Assembly: GCA_951406725.2 (NCBI GenBank)
Contig: OX597818.1
Coordinates: forward strand, 5,332,001 to 5,396,000
DNA length: 64,000 nucleotides
Reading direction: 5' to 3'
Source: Octopus vulgaris
Taxonomy: Eukaryota
The translations under genes and the position numbers were made by a program. Of the stretch, positions 12,603-24,579 are shown one piece after another. The notes under the pieces are model-generated. The model searched no databases. It was given only the letters and a program-made list of their open reading frames with translations, and was not told where the DNA came from. The stretch's first letter is position 1; the number at the start of each line of letters is the position of its first letter.

Positions 12603-12830
12603 AAAGGCGGTAAGCTGGCAGAAACGCTAGTACACCGGGCGAAATGCTTAGCCGTATTTAGTCTGTTTTTTACGTTCTTGAGTTCAAATTTTGCCGAGGG
12701 CAACTTTGCCTTTCATCCTTTCGGGGTCGATAAATTAAGTACCAGTTGTGTACTGGGGTCGATCTTATCGACACGCTCCCTCCAAAAAAGCAAAACAAAT
12801 CGGGCCTTTTGCATAGAGTAGAAAAGAAGA
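12603..12830 (+). mobile_element. tRNA-derived SINE, family 1
   Basis: ggcggtaagctggcagaaacgctag (A-box-like), gagttcaaattt (B-box-like) and the core tttgcctttcatcctttcggggtcgataaattaagtaccag. Confidence 0.85.
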
Positions 12831-14089
12831 TATATCCTCTATACATATACATTCTCTTAGCCAGCATGAGTAAGGGAGCTTAATGAAGATGCAACGCAGA
12901 TTTTTTCATCTCCTTTATCTGATTTATATACTTGTATTTATATATGTATCAATACATATATATACACACACAACTTAAGCACGCTGCCAACATACCCATG
13001 GTGTAGAAAGTTTTCAAACCTATACTCGGATTTGTCTTTGATCTAACGCGCTATATTTTGAAGTCTTTCTTTAAGGGAGAAGAATGACTAAGTAATTGTC
13101 TTCTGATATGTGGACAAACCATAAATAAATAAGTTTATTTTCTGATTTATTGCATCTCTTTATATGCATGTAAATCACACTGGATTGTTCTTACTTCACA
13201 GAATGTTGTTACTGAGTAACCTATACAAATAAATTGTTGTACAGGGAGTTGGATTGTGTTGGATCTATCGCACTTTCTCTTTATTACATTATCGTTTCAC
13301 CTGTCAGAAGCAAATCAGAATTATACCGGAAAAGAAGCGATGTGAAATCTAAACTTATTCCTTTACTTCTGAAGCACATCAAATGTGAAGGTGACTTAGC
13401 TGAAACTTTTCATGTAATAAATACTTCAATGTTCACATCACATGTCGATTAAACTTGTTTTATAGTACCCATATACTATAGAAATATGTTACACACGAGC
13501 TGAAACATACAAAATTACCTGCTTAAACGTATTGTGTCCTTTAAATTCACCTGCAGGAACTGTAGAAATTCATTAGGAGTGCATCACTAGCAAAGATGAT
13601 GTTCATTTATCATATTGATATTTTTTGTGTCCTACAAAATCTAGGAGGTTATTTCTGTAATTGTAATAGATGTTGCATTCACCCTGCTGGTTTATCGCAA
13701 CATTACCCAGAATGAAAATCAGCTGGGGTTTCTGCTTATTTAGTCACGGACTCCTAATTTTGATACGCTGTACTCAGATACTAGAGAATCACATGCACAT
13801 ATATATAAGTATGTATGTATGTATGTATGTATGTATGTATGTATGTCATTTTCAGTTTATTTCAACATTTTTTTGCTAATAGAGAAAGAACCGGTTTCTA
13901 ACCTAGATCCAAGGCTCCATTGGAATTTCAACATCAACAACAGGGTATTTTTGTTTGTTTGTATGCATGTATGTATCTATGTACGTATGCATGCATGCAT
14001 GCATGTACATAGGCATGTGGAGATTTGTGTGTGTTTCATGTATGTAATCTCATGCATATATTTGCATATCTAAACATGCTCATAAATTT

Positions 14090-14308
14090 AAATTGTAAAC
14101 TGGAATTTTTATCAGAATTTTACAGTTCCAGTGATGGTTAGAATCTGTAGTCTTCGAATTAGATTTCTCCTTTCTGGTTTTAAGAAGCATAATTTCTCGA
14201 GATTGGTATTTAGGCAGTGTTTTCCGTATCACAGGGCCCCAATAATTACAGGTATAAACCTGAGCTTGTAATCTGGATTGAGTAACTGTAGATTTCTCAA
14301 TGTATGTT

Positions 14309-14310
<2 letters not shown>
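14090..14310 (-). mobile_element. 3' fragment of a further RLE LINE family
   Basis: [23 protein letters not shown] followed by LIRRLQILTITGTVK matches the IPVxIGALG C-terminal motif. Confidence 0.65.
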
Positions 14311-14380
<70 letters not shown>

Positions 14381-14979
14381 TATATATATACATACATACA
14401 TACATACATACGTACATACATACATACATACATACATGCTTACACACACACACACACACACATATATATGCAGGTAAACTATAAGTGTATATAGACATGC
14501 TTATACATATATATGCGACTCTTCTGGCGAAATAGACTATTACAGGTTTGTAGAAATAGAAGCACAACAAACTCCCATCTTCAGGCTTAATATACAGCCA
14601 CATATTCTACACCCTGTATTGAATACTTCTTCGTTCTTCGTACGAAACAAAGTAACGTACATATAAGTATATATATATGTGTGTGTGCGTGTGCGTGTGT
14701 GTGTGGGTTTGTGTGTGTCTGTGTTTGTATGTGTGTATATGTGTGTATTAGCGCATGTGTATGTATTAATATATACCTATGCATATTTATTAGCAACACT
14801 GCTCCGAGTTTCTGTAGATAGTGAATTTTAGGATGTTAATACAAAATCATAGCTTCTTATACATATCAAACCATAAGGCTATACGTTAACGAGCAAAATG
14901 ACCTGTGAATGAGATGATTTTAATAAGGAGGGAATGAAGTGAGGCAATATATATAATATAAAGTCTCTCTTAAACTTAC

Positions 14980-15054
14980 CACGTCTTCGAAACGTTGATT
15001 AGGATGAACATTACCGGACGCCAACGAATACTCTGGTTCTTTGATATAAGACAT
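14980..15054 (-). CDS. Candidate first coding exon of the 5407-7383 gene (MSYIKEPEYSLASGNVHPNQRFEDV)
   Basis: Acceptor ttcatcttcatcag|ATG at 15054, 25 open codons, donor GTG|gtaagt at 14980/14979. The phase-0 end matches the phase-0 acceptor at 7383. Confidence 0.5.
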
Positions 15055-15429
15055 CTGATGAAGATGAAATATTTGAAATAACATCAATCAACAGGTAATA
15101 AAACTATCTGGGAAAAACATTATTGAAATAAGCCTTTTCCTTAAAATAACATTCCAATCATTTTAAAATCCCATTAAAAATGTATTCAAAGAGACACAGC
15201 CCTATGGCATATATGGATAAACATTTTTGCGTATCTGCAGTCATGTAATTTTTCTGGCACGTTTGCTTACCTGGGTAAGTGCAATGAAACGTAATTATTT
15301 CGATGTGACTTCAAGAATTCCTTCGTAAATTGTTTGGGATAAATTTGAAGATAATATGTCTCCTTTTTTCAGGAACAGCTTGATATATTAGTGAACAGTC
15401 AATAGCGTTGGAGAACATAAAGATTAAAA

Positions 15430-15985
15430 TTTTAGACAAAGCCAGCTGACACAAGATGGCTGACTATCTGAATATTGGAAAAAAAGTTATTTATATCATG
15501 GAGATTCGCGCCATATATCAGAATGCCGACATCATGACTGCTCCTCAGTGAAGAATGTCCCGGTTGTAAGACGTGCCATGACATCCTAAAAACCAAGTTT
15601 CCCTAATCTATGTTCTTTGGTTGTGTCTCTAGTGAGAATGACGCCATGCCGCTGCACGGCTTTGAACAAATTCTTAGACTCAATTCAAACGACAACGTGA
15701 AACTTCTGTAGAATGTGGACAATCGTTCACCAACCGCTTTGCCTACAACCCTATAGCCGGCTGGTGGCATAAATCAAGTAGATATTCGAAGATCTTCCCA
15801 GGCAAACAGTGAAGAACGCATGCTCCAGGTTCTGAAACCGTCTTGAGGCCGTAGTGGGAGCAGAGCGGAACTACTTTCAGTTAACTGTTATTTCCCAGCC
15901 ATAATCTAGTCGATATTTTTTTTGTTTGGAGAAATCGTTTTCTTTACATTTTATGCAAACTGTCAAATTTAACTTGAACACCCTG
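15430..15985 (+). mobile_element. Tc1/mariner-superfamily remnant
   Basis: Fragments TKFP..MFFGCVSSE and ACSRF*NRLEAVVGAE; the element ends in a TIR-like gaacaccctg followed by TA. Confidence 0.65.
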
Positions 15986-16424
15986 TATAAATCAAAGTGA
16001 TATAACAAGTAGAACAAGTTCACATATTTCACATTTATCATAACTTTTGCGAAAATGATGTTATAAAATACAAAAGATTATATTTTCCTAAAACAATAAT
16101 ATTGGTACACATTTCTTTCTAGGATTTCAAATGACTAAAACTTTTTTTTTTCTATTTACGATGTCCAATGCACTTATACTATGGTCTAGAAACGAAGGCT
16201 GGGCAAATAGCTCTGTCTAACATATATTGAATGTATTTAAATAGATGGACAAAAAATAAATCCAGTCATCACGGCAAAAACATTACATAGCATATTGCTA
16301 AATATTGTTTTCCGCTTTATAAATCTGGAATATAAATGCAGGCGCCAGTTATATGAAACAATACATTCAAATACATACCGGTGTACATACTGAGATTTGT
16401 GAAAATTATAAGAAAGATGGGTAT

Positions 16425-18546
16425 TAGGGCGGAGCGAAAAGGTATTTTTTACATAGATTTTCGAAATATGTTTTTGAGAATATATTTTTTATTGTGAAAT
16501 CCTTTAAAACAACTGTGTTGAAATCTGAAGTTCGTAAATTTACAGCCTTAAGCTCGGCAGCCCACTTAAAATTTTGAATAATACGCGAAAAATCAATTTG
16601 TAGCATGTTTGCCGTTACTCATTTTGTTTTCACATTCATTGTTACGAATTAATTAACCTTTGCAAAATTTGTAAGAAACAAAACTGTTAAAATCACAAGC
16701 TCTAGAATTTATACCTTCAAGCTCCGCAATGCACTTAATATTTCGAAATTATGTGAAATAAATAGACTTTCCGACTTTGTTTTCTTTACTATTTTTAATA
16801 TATAAGGTCAACGAATATATGTGTTACGTGAGGTCTAGATTACACACACATTAGAATAAAATTACGTGTAAACCAATTTTTGATTCTTGACACGTTTCGG
16901 TGATAAAAATAATTAACATTTCCATCTCATTTTATTCGAAATAAATCCCTGTCACTAAATAATACGAATCGCCGCAGTGCATTCCTTTCCGTTCCAGTAG
17001 TAAAGTCAATTAATGTTTTTCGTAGAATTTGCATCTGAATCTCCATTACTGAAACATTCAAAGATTTGTTGTTTTGTAAATTCCTAAAACCACATATTTC
17101 TAATTGTTTGTTTTGTTCAAAATAGCTAAAACTAAACGATTCTAATTGATTATTGCTGTATTATCTTTCAATTTGAAGTCCTTTTTTGTCTAGCACACAG
17201 GAAATTTTTCTCTTATATATGTGCATGTGATTCTCTAGTATCTGAGTACAGCGTATCAAAATTTTTCTCTTGGTTCAATTCGACTCCTAATGAAACCGTC
17301 TCGACTGTTATCACTGGATCGTTTCCGCCTTACTATTGTTCTGTCTATAACGAAACAGCATTCACCAGATCTACTTGCTGTTAAGTCGCTGATGACCGAA
17401 CTTGTAAGAGCAGCAGCACAGTCTGACACACCGGTGCGGTCACAGGCTAGTTCTGGGAATTTCATTCGTTTTATTGGAGTATTTGGACTTACGTTTTGCT
17501 GACGTCTTTTCGTTACAGGGAAAATGGAATTGGAAAATCTTCATCTGCTGATCCAAATTCACTGCTTGAGGAAAGGGCTATCAATTCAGAATCTCTTCCT
17601 GATGTAGAAGGGTGAATGTGACCTGGCCGATTCTTTCTACTCAACCTCTGAACGTTCTGTTTTGATACTGCTTGATCTGTTCCGCGAATGATCAATTTTC
17701 AATTTGTCCGTTGATTCTGTAAAGAAATTTTGTTCTCTCTGTGGTTCTCCATTACAACTGCAGTTTGTCAAGGAGTTGCACTTGCAGTAGGAAATGTCAA
17801 TTAAATCTTTTGTTGCATTGTTTTTAAACGCATTAAACTTGGTTTGAAACGATGACACATTTTCTTTTTCATTTTTCACAGATTTTTGTAATGTTTGGTA
17901 CTTTAGATAAAAGTCTAAGATTTCCGGTTTAACTGACTCAATCATGGTACAAGGGATAGATGCCCTTTGCCAACGAATTACCTTTTCTGTTGCAACCTTG
18001 ACGATTTGTTTGATTAAAGGATCTTTTTTAACTACATTGTTTTTGTTTTCTTGTCCAAATAAATTTGAGAACGTCCTTGTAAGTTGGCAAAACTAGTTCG
18101 TTAAGGTCACATGGAGTATCAAATATTGGGTATTCAGTGTCATGACGCATTATTAGCTTATGAGTCATCACTAAATGCAAAGAACACTAAATTTAACGCG
18201 ATCATTAATTTTAATAGAATGTCTTAAAGTCAAGGTACAAAGATGAAAACTTCATACACGTACGACGTACGTTCACACACAACGACCGTTGCAGCGGCAC
18301 TGGAGACAAGTTCACACTCCCGTTCTATTTATATTCAATGCGTAACCTCATGATATTAGTCAATTGTATAGAAACTTGGTATGCAACCTCTTAAGGATAC
18401 CATATTTACAGTTTTGCATTCTGCTATGTAAAAATATATATTCGTTATGACTTATAATCCATGAAATCCAAAATTTGACCAAAACTAGCGATTTTCAATT
18501 ACGTTGAAAAAATATTTAATTTTTATACACCTTTCTTTTAACCCTA
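16425..18546 (-). mobile_element. Decayed DNA transposon, probably hAT (hATm-like)
   Basis: TAGGG...CCCTA termini. Minus-strand fragments LPTYKDVL, WQRASIP, LIDISYCKCxxxxxCSC and ACDRTGVSDCAAAL...VIDRTIVRRKR. Family assignment is from recalled motifs; no TSD found. Confidence 0.55.
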
Positions 18547-18702
18547 ATTCTGAACAAAATATTGATTCGTGGTTACTAATTTCGAAAGCTGCAGTTTTCG
18601 CTGCAAGTTAGTGGGTATCAATTATAATTTTATTTATCATGGTATAAATGCTGACTGATCTCCCATGAAATTCATAAAAATTGTTGATATTCAATTTTAC
18701 CT

Positions 18703-18794
<92 letters not shown>

Positions 18795-20944
18795 AAACAC
18801 AAGCACACACACAAACACACACACGCATGCATGTACGTATGCTCGCACGTACATATATCTAGTGTTGGAAAACAAAGGCATTATGAGACGGAATGCCGTC
18901 AAACTTTGGAGTTTTAATGGTTACAGGGAAAATGTCTATGTTTCATTTCCAGCAAGTGTGACGCTGGTATTTAGGAATATAGTGGATTTGTGCCTATAGT
19001 AGAAAGGATTACTTTTCAGCCAAATATACCCCGCTCCCACTATTACGCAGTTATTTTCCCATATTTTGGGAAATGGATATCAGCAGATGTTATGAATGCA
19101 AAATTATTTGAATAAATTTGAACACCCATTCCTTCTATGAAACATCAGAAGTTTTTATTTTTCCAATTGATTTTAAAATCTATTAAACAGTCTTTACAAC
19201 AAAAATGCTGTTGTACTTCTTTGTAGGTATGTTGTGAACCTATTGCTTTATATTGTTTTAAAATGTAATTACTACAGTTAAAATGTGAATATTCTTTTTA
19301 GTGCATTTCCAGAGAACTCAATGATTGCTGTTGGGTAGATAATCAAAGAAAACTTTGAAGACAAAAAAAAGTTTGAAAAAACTGAAAATTTTGGGAAATG
19401 AAGCTAAAATTATAACGATCGTTAATGATACAAACTACTATTTTGAATGAAAATATGCGTGGTTTATTCTCTCAAATTAAGCGTGATCCTCCTCTTTGCA
19501 GACGAGGTTGCACTCATACTCAAAAGAAAAGTCTATTGATATCAGCCTAAACAAATTGTGCTCCTTGTTTCTAGATCACATTACTAGAGAACGATTTCCG
19601 GTGAGTTGAAGTAATACTGTGTAGTACTAAAGAATTGATCAGGTATGTAAAATGAAAAGCAGATGAGTTCTGTGTAATTAGTATGTTTGTTCAGAACGGT
19701 AATCTTTTTACTAATTCATTGTAGGAGAAGGGTAGAACAGATATAAAAAGGAAACGCATTCGTAGTTGTATATTTCAGGTAGAGTGATTATTTTCTCATT
19801 TAAAAGCGTTTCATATAGTTGTAGTTCTTGACAGTAATCAGAAGGCTAATAAAAGGGAATCAGTTGTCCCTGAATTTTTACACCCGGAATGCAAAACTCG
19901 CCGTGGTTAACTCAGCCATTTATCTCTGTAGAACTAATAAAATAAAGTGCTAGAAAAGTTCTGATTTCAGTGTTATCTGTTAACCCCACATAGAGCTTAG
20001 ATATTTGCCTTCCGCCCTCGGGATTTGATAAACTATGTACCAGTTTAACTCTGGGGTCAATGTAATCGAGTTGCAGCCTCCCATGAACTCGCTGTACTTA
20101 TGCCGAAATTCGAAACCAATATCTCTAATATTATTCTGCACGTTCCTGTGTTTCTGTCTGTTTTATCCGCGTGTTACTATTACGCCAAGGGAGGTAATAA
20201 CTCGAATGGAGAAATATATATATATATCTAAGGACGGAGAAAGAGAAACATAGAAAGAAACGAAATGAGAATAGTGAAATCAGTGAAAAATAGAAAACAA
20301 AAACAAGAAAGAGAGAGAGAAAGAGGGAGAAAACCTATATCATTAGAGAGAGAGAGAGAGAAGGTCTACATCATTGTGCATTTGTGTATTAAAATCGTAG
20401 GCACAAGAGAAATGTTAAACATAATAAAAAATTAATATTCCGAACTATAAATTTACGCTTTAAAAGATGTATTGATAGATAATTAATTTGAAGTGAAATA
20501 TCTTTTGTTAACAGTTAGGTGCGGATGGTACACTTTTAACTTTCACGTATTCCAGACAGACAATAAAATTAAAAGTTTAGTTGTTGTTACTGATTTTAAT
20601 GTTCAACAGTTTGTATATCTTCAATCCGTCGATGTATCGATGTGGATTGATAGATTCATTGATGGATAGAATATAGAATGACGGATGACTCGATACATCT
20701 ACACATAATTAAGTCAAAGTAAAATAACCTTAGGAAATAGCTGTGGATGTTACTTTTACCTCTTTAAGCTGAGGCCATGCAGTGGCACCGCAATTATCTA
20801 GATTTCTTGTTAGTTATTTGGTTTTAACATTTCTCCGTAGACAGATACATACATCGACAGAAATGTAAATAGAATATGATAAATAGATAGATAGGAAGAT
20901 AGATAGGTAGGTAGTTAGATTGGTCCGACCTCGACTCTCACCAA

Positions 20945-21290
20945 GAGACTCAGGTGCAGGCTGGACGGTGCCTATACCAGAATGTTATGTGGTGTGCTCC
21001 ATATCTCTTGGAGGGAGCACCCAACAAAACAACGGTTATGTGGAAATATACTAACTTTCTCATCAACCATCCAAGAGCGGAGATTGAGGTTTGCTGGCCT
21101 CTGCTGGAGAAGTAAGGAAGAACTTGAGAGTAATAAGTTGCTGTAGACACCAAATACGGAAGACGTATTTACAACAATTTCTAGAAGATGTTGAATGCCG
21201 AGTTCAAGACTTAAAAACACTTATGGAAGATCGGGAGGGATGGAGAGAGGTAGTCAGGTTGGCTCGGGCAATCCGCCTGACTGGATGATG
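20945..21290 (+). mobile_element. RTE-clade LINE 3' fragment
   Basis: TRMLCGVLHISWREHPTK...IQERRLRFAGLCWRS and DLKTLMEDREGWREVV resemble the RTE C-terminus. Confidence 0.75.
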
Positions 21291-21959
21291 CCCCGATAAA
21301 AAAAATGGTTGGTACGTAGGTAATTAGTTAGAGAGATCGGTAAATAGATATATATAGAGAGATAGCTTGACAGATTGTATGCTCGTTTGATTGATTGCCT
21401 TTTCAGCACTGCGTTTGTTGATGTTTACACCTTTAGAATAAAATATTAAGGAAAAATGTACTATTTCATCATGCAATATTCAAAATAATCGTGGAAATTC
21501 CACGGGTACTCCTAGTTATTATTACTGAGATGGCAGAATCGTTAAAACCCCAAGCAAAATGATTCGAATCCATTATTATAATGATAGTTATAATTATCAA
21601 TAATATTAATATGCTAACTTTCTGTTTTTGTATGTACCTGTTGCGTGCGTCCCATTTACTTCTTTCAAGTGACAAAGCGAGAGAGAGAGAGAGGAGGACA
21701 GAGAGGAAGTAAGAGAGAAGGAGAGAGAGAACGAGAGAGAAAGAGACAGTGAGTAGTAACGGCGTTCGTTTTGTGTTTTTAAATGTTTATCACATCTCAA
21801 GACAAGTCGATACATAGATACATATACGCATTGTTAAATCAAAAGCGGGAGAGAAGAGAGATACAAAGGAAGTAAAAGGGAAAGAGAAAAGTGAGACAGT
21901 GAAAGAGACAATAGGTACATAAATACAAAGAAAAGTTCATACATTGATAGATCGACGCA

Positions 21960-22130
21960 GCAAATATTGGCTGTCAATTTCACTTTTCATTACCACACGA
22001 TGATGAAATTAACTCAAAATTAACAGCTGAGTACTCCACAGACATGTATAACATTAACGTAGTTTTCAAGGAGATTCATCCTCACACAGAACATGACAAG
22101 GCTGCACCTTTGAATTACAGCTACAACTCG
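21960..22130 (-). mobile_element. SINE family 2 fragment
   Basis: caaggctgcacctttgaattacagctacaactc is approximately the reverse complement of gagttgtagctgtaattcaaaggggccagccttg at about 36152. Confidence 0.6.
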
Positions 22131-22399
22131 AGACATCTATATACATGTTTTTGTGTGTGTATGTGTGTGTGTGTGTGTGTGTGTGTATAGTATAGTTTAC
22201 TTAAAACATGTTTGCAATAATAAGTGTTGCGTGGTGGAAATAAACGCAATTACCAAATATTCATTCATAAGTCCATTTCGTTCTTTTACGTTTCAATTTG
22301 TACATTTGAACCCAGAAACTTTCAACTGCTGCACCCCAGAAGAAATGGAAAATCGAGTAATTTTATCTCCTACAAGTTCTGACTGTCTTGCAATAAATG

Positions 22400-24100
22400 A
22401 ATATGCTCTTAATATTATACCAGAGGCACTTAAAACGCACTTAAGCACAGGTTCAGTGTCTTCCATACGGTATGCCATTTTTGGGGTCTCCTAGTATCTG
22501 AACTAGGTCGGAATCAGCCCCTTTTGCTACCATTCCTAGGCCACCTATGACAACAGGTATTGCTTTTGTCTTGAGGTTCCACATTTTGCCAATTTCTATT
22601 TCAAGATCATTATACTTACTCAGTTTTTGGTCTTTCTCGACAAATACATTTATGTTGATTGGGACAGTTATACCAATGAGAAGGCATGAGTTCCACAGGA
22701 GTGAGATGTGACCATTTTCAAGTACTGCAAGGGGTAAGTCCAGGTCTTGTCAAATTACCCAGTGAATATATTGTGCTGCTCTATCTTGCTGAGATACTCC
22801 GCAAGATAACGGTACACGAAGACAATATGATCAGTTGTTTCATTCTGTTGTTCACATATACGACATGCTGGGCTACTGCCGTTCTTTAATATGTTGGCCT
22901 AGTAGTTCCTTGTAGGTGGGCATTGATCTTGGGCTGTTATGGTAGACCCTTCTGTTTCTGATTCTAAGTCAGAAGACACTAACCATTGATGGGCAAGTAC
23001 TTCGTCAACATCGGCATTATTAGCTCCCTTTCGGTATTTGTCGTTGACAGGTGTTTCCTGCCATTTATCAGTAAGAATATCTAAAGCAGCAGTTTTAGCA
23101 CGGTTTTTCATAAGATTAGCTTTTTCTGTGCTTGTTTCTAGTAAGTCTAATTCTGGAATTTGTTGTATTTGGAATTCACTTGGATATACCTGTTTTGTCA
23201 CTGAGTATGATGCTTTTCTTGTTGTCATGCTTTAAGACATAAGTTATCAAAATTTTTCAGGTAGGTGTCTAGGCCAATTGTGGCAGTCTTCATTTTGAAA
23301 TCGAGTTGTAAATGGCCACTGCCAGCCTCTTTTCTTGGCATAAAAAGTCGTTTTGTATCTGCCTTAGGCTGGTGCATTCTATTCACTGTCAACGAATTTC
23401 GTATTTTTCTGTCAAGATTATATATTTCAATAATTGAAGAGTTAGTGATATTGAAATTGTAAGTCAAGACTGGCATGGCCAAAGTATTGATGGCTTCTAT
23501 CTTGTTTATTGGATTCAGCTCTCACCTACCCTGCAATAACATTCTCTTTTGATACTTTCCCTTATCACTGAGTGTGTGTTTCCGTCCCGTTCAAATACCC
23601 CGAAGTATTTGGAGTTCTCCGCAGGTTCTAACTCCTTTATGACTTTCTGATGGTTAAGATTAACGTTGGATGTTTTTGTCCTTTTTCTTTTGATAAATGT
23701 AGATTTTGTACATTTATGGAGGCCACATTGCATCTTGATGTATTCACTGAAGTGTTTAATAAATATACAACTTTCTATTAAAAAGAAAACTATAGGTATA
23801 TTCAGTCAGAACAGATGTTCGTATTTTATATATTGCTGTTAAGCATGTTATGGGTGTAAGTATTTAGTTCAATTGCTTCTTCATTTCTTGGAAGTAGGAA
23901 TGTTACACTATTAACTAGCCAAAAGGGAATAATACAAGTTTGTTGTATCACATCGTTGTAAAGTTTTGTTAACAGTTTATGACTCTCTGGGAAAGCATTC
24001 AGCCAGAATTTAGGAATTCCATGCTTTCCTGGAGACTTACATTTGCTTGACCTTAGAGAAGATCTTACATCCTGTATCTTGATACGTTCCCACATTTGTA
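22400..24100 (-). mobile_element. R4/Dong-like RLE LINE, family A, decayed with internal deletions
   Basis: Fragments KSPGKHGIPKFWLNAFPE, LDRKIRNSLTVNRMHQPKAD and HQWLVSSDLESETEG are homologous to 40814-44073. Confidence 0.9.
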
Positions 24101-24109
24101 CACGTAGAT

Positions 24110-24490
24110 TCTAAGTCAAGAGAAAACAAATCAAGAGAAAACAAATCAAGAGACAGCACGTTAGAAGGTCAATTTAGTATTATGTCTAGGGTGTCATATA
24201 TTTGGTTTTGCACGTAGTATTGTTCTAGAAAAAGTTCAAGAAAACATAAATTATAAGTTTGTTTTAAATTTTGAGATTACACAGATAGTATTTAAGGTAG
24301 GATGGGGGCAGTTCCCATGAGTATTATCTTTTGAATTTCTGTCATTTGGAGGTTTCCTGATATCTGAACTAGGTAGGAATCAGCTCCTTTTGCTATAATT
24401 CCTAGGCCACCTATGACAAAAGGTATTGTTTTAGTCCTGTGGTTCCACATTATGCCAATTTCATAATACTTTCATGTTTATTGGGACAGT
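24110..24490 (-). mobile_element. Family A LINE 3'-end fragment
   Basis: cagttcccatgagtattatcttttgaatttctg corresponds to EIQKIILMGTA; the 3' UTR resembles 37200-37340. Confidence 0.8.
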
Positions 24491-24579
24491 CATTCAACGA
24501 TTCTATGTGGTGAAAACATTAGAAAACGACAATATTTCCACAAAGAGTCCACTTAGCAAGAGCGTATTCAGCACCAAAT

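Noticed and set aside
12603-12700. tRNA gene calls for SINE heads
   Set aside because: A/B-box-like motifs are present, but there is no complete cloverleaf and they continue into SINE core sequence.
13301-13559. Possible extra minus-strand exons (13301-13399 and 13519-13550/13559) with AG/GT boundaries
   Set aside because: Their phases do not chain consistently with the phase-0 exons on either side, and such signals are common by chance.
14520-14590. Minus-strand CTGAAGA followed by a gtttgt/acaaac stem, hammerhead-like
   Set aside because: GAAA is replaced by GTAA and no stem I partner was found; at best a decayed relic.
15050-15095. CTGATGA-agat-GAAA on the plus strand
   Set aside because: No stem I complement, and it overlaps the predicted splice acceptor on the other strand, so it is probably chance.
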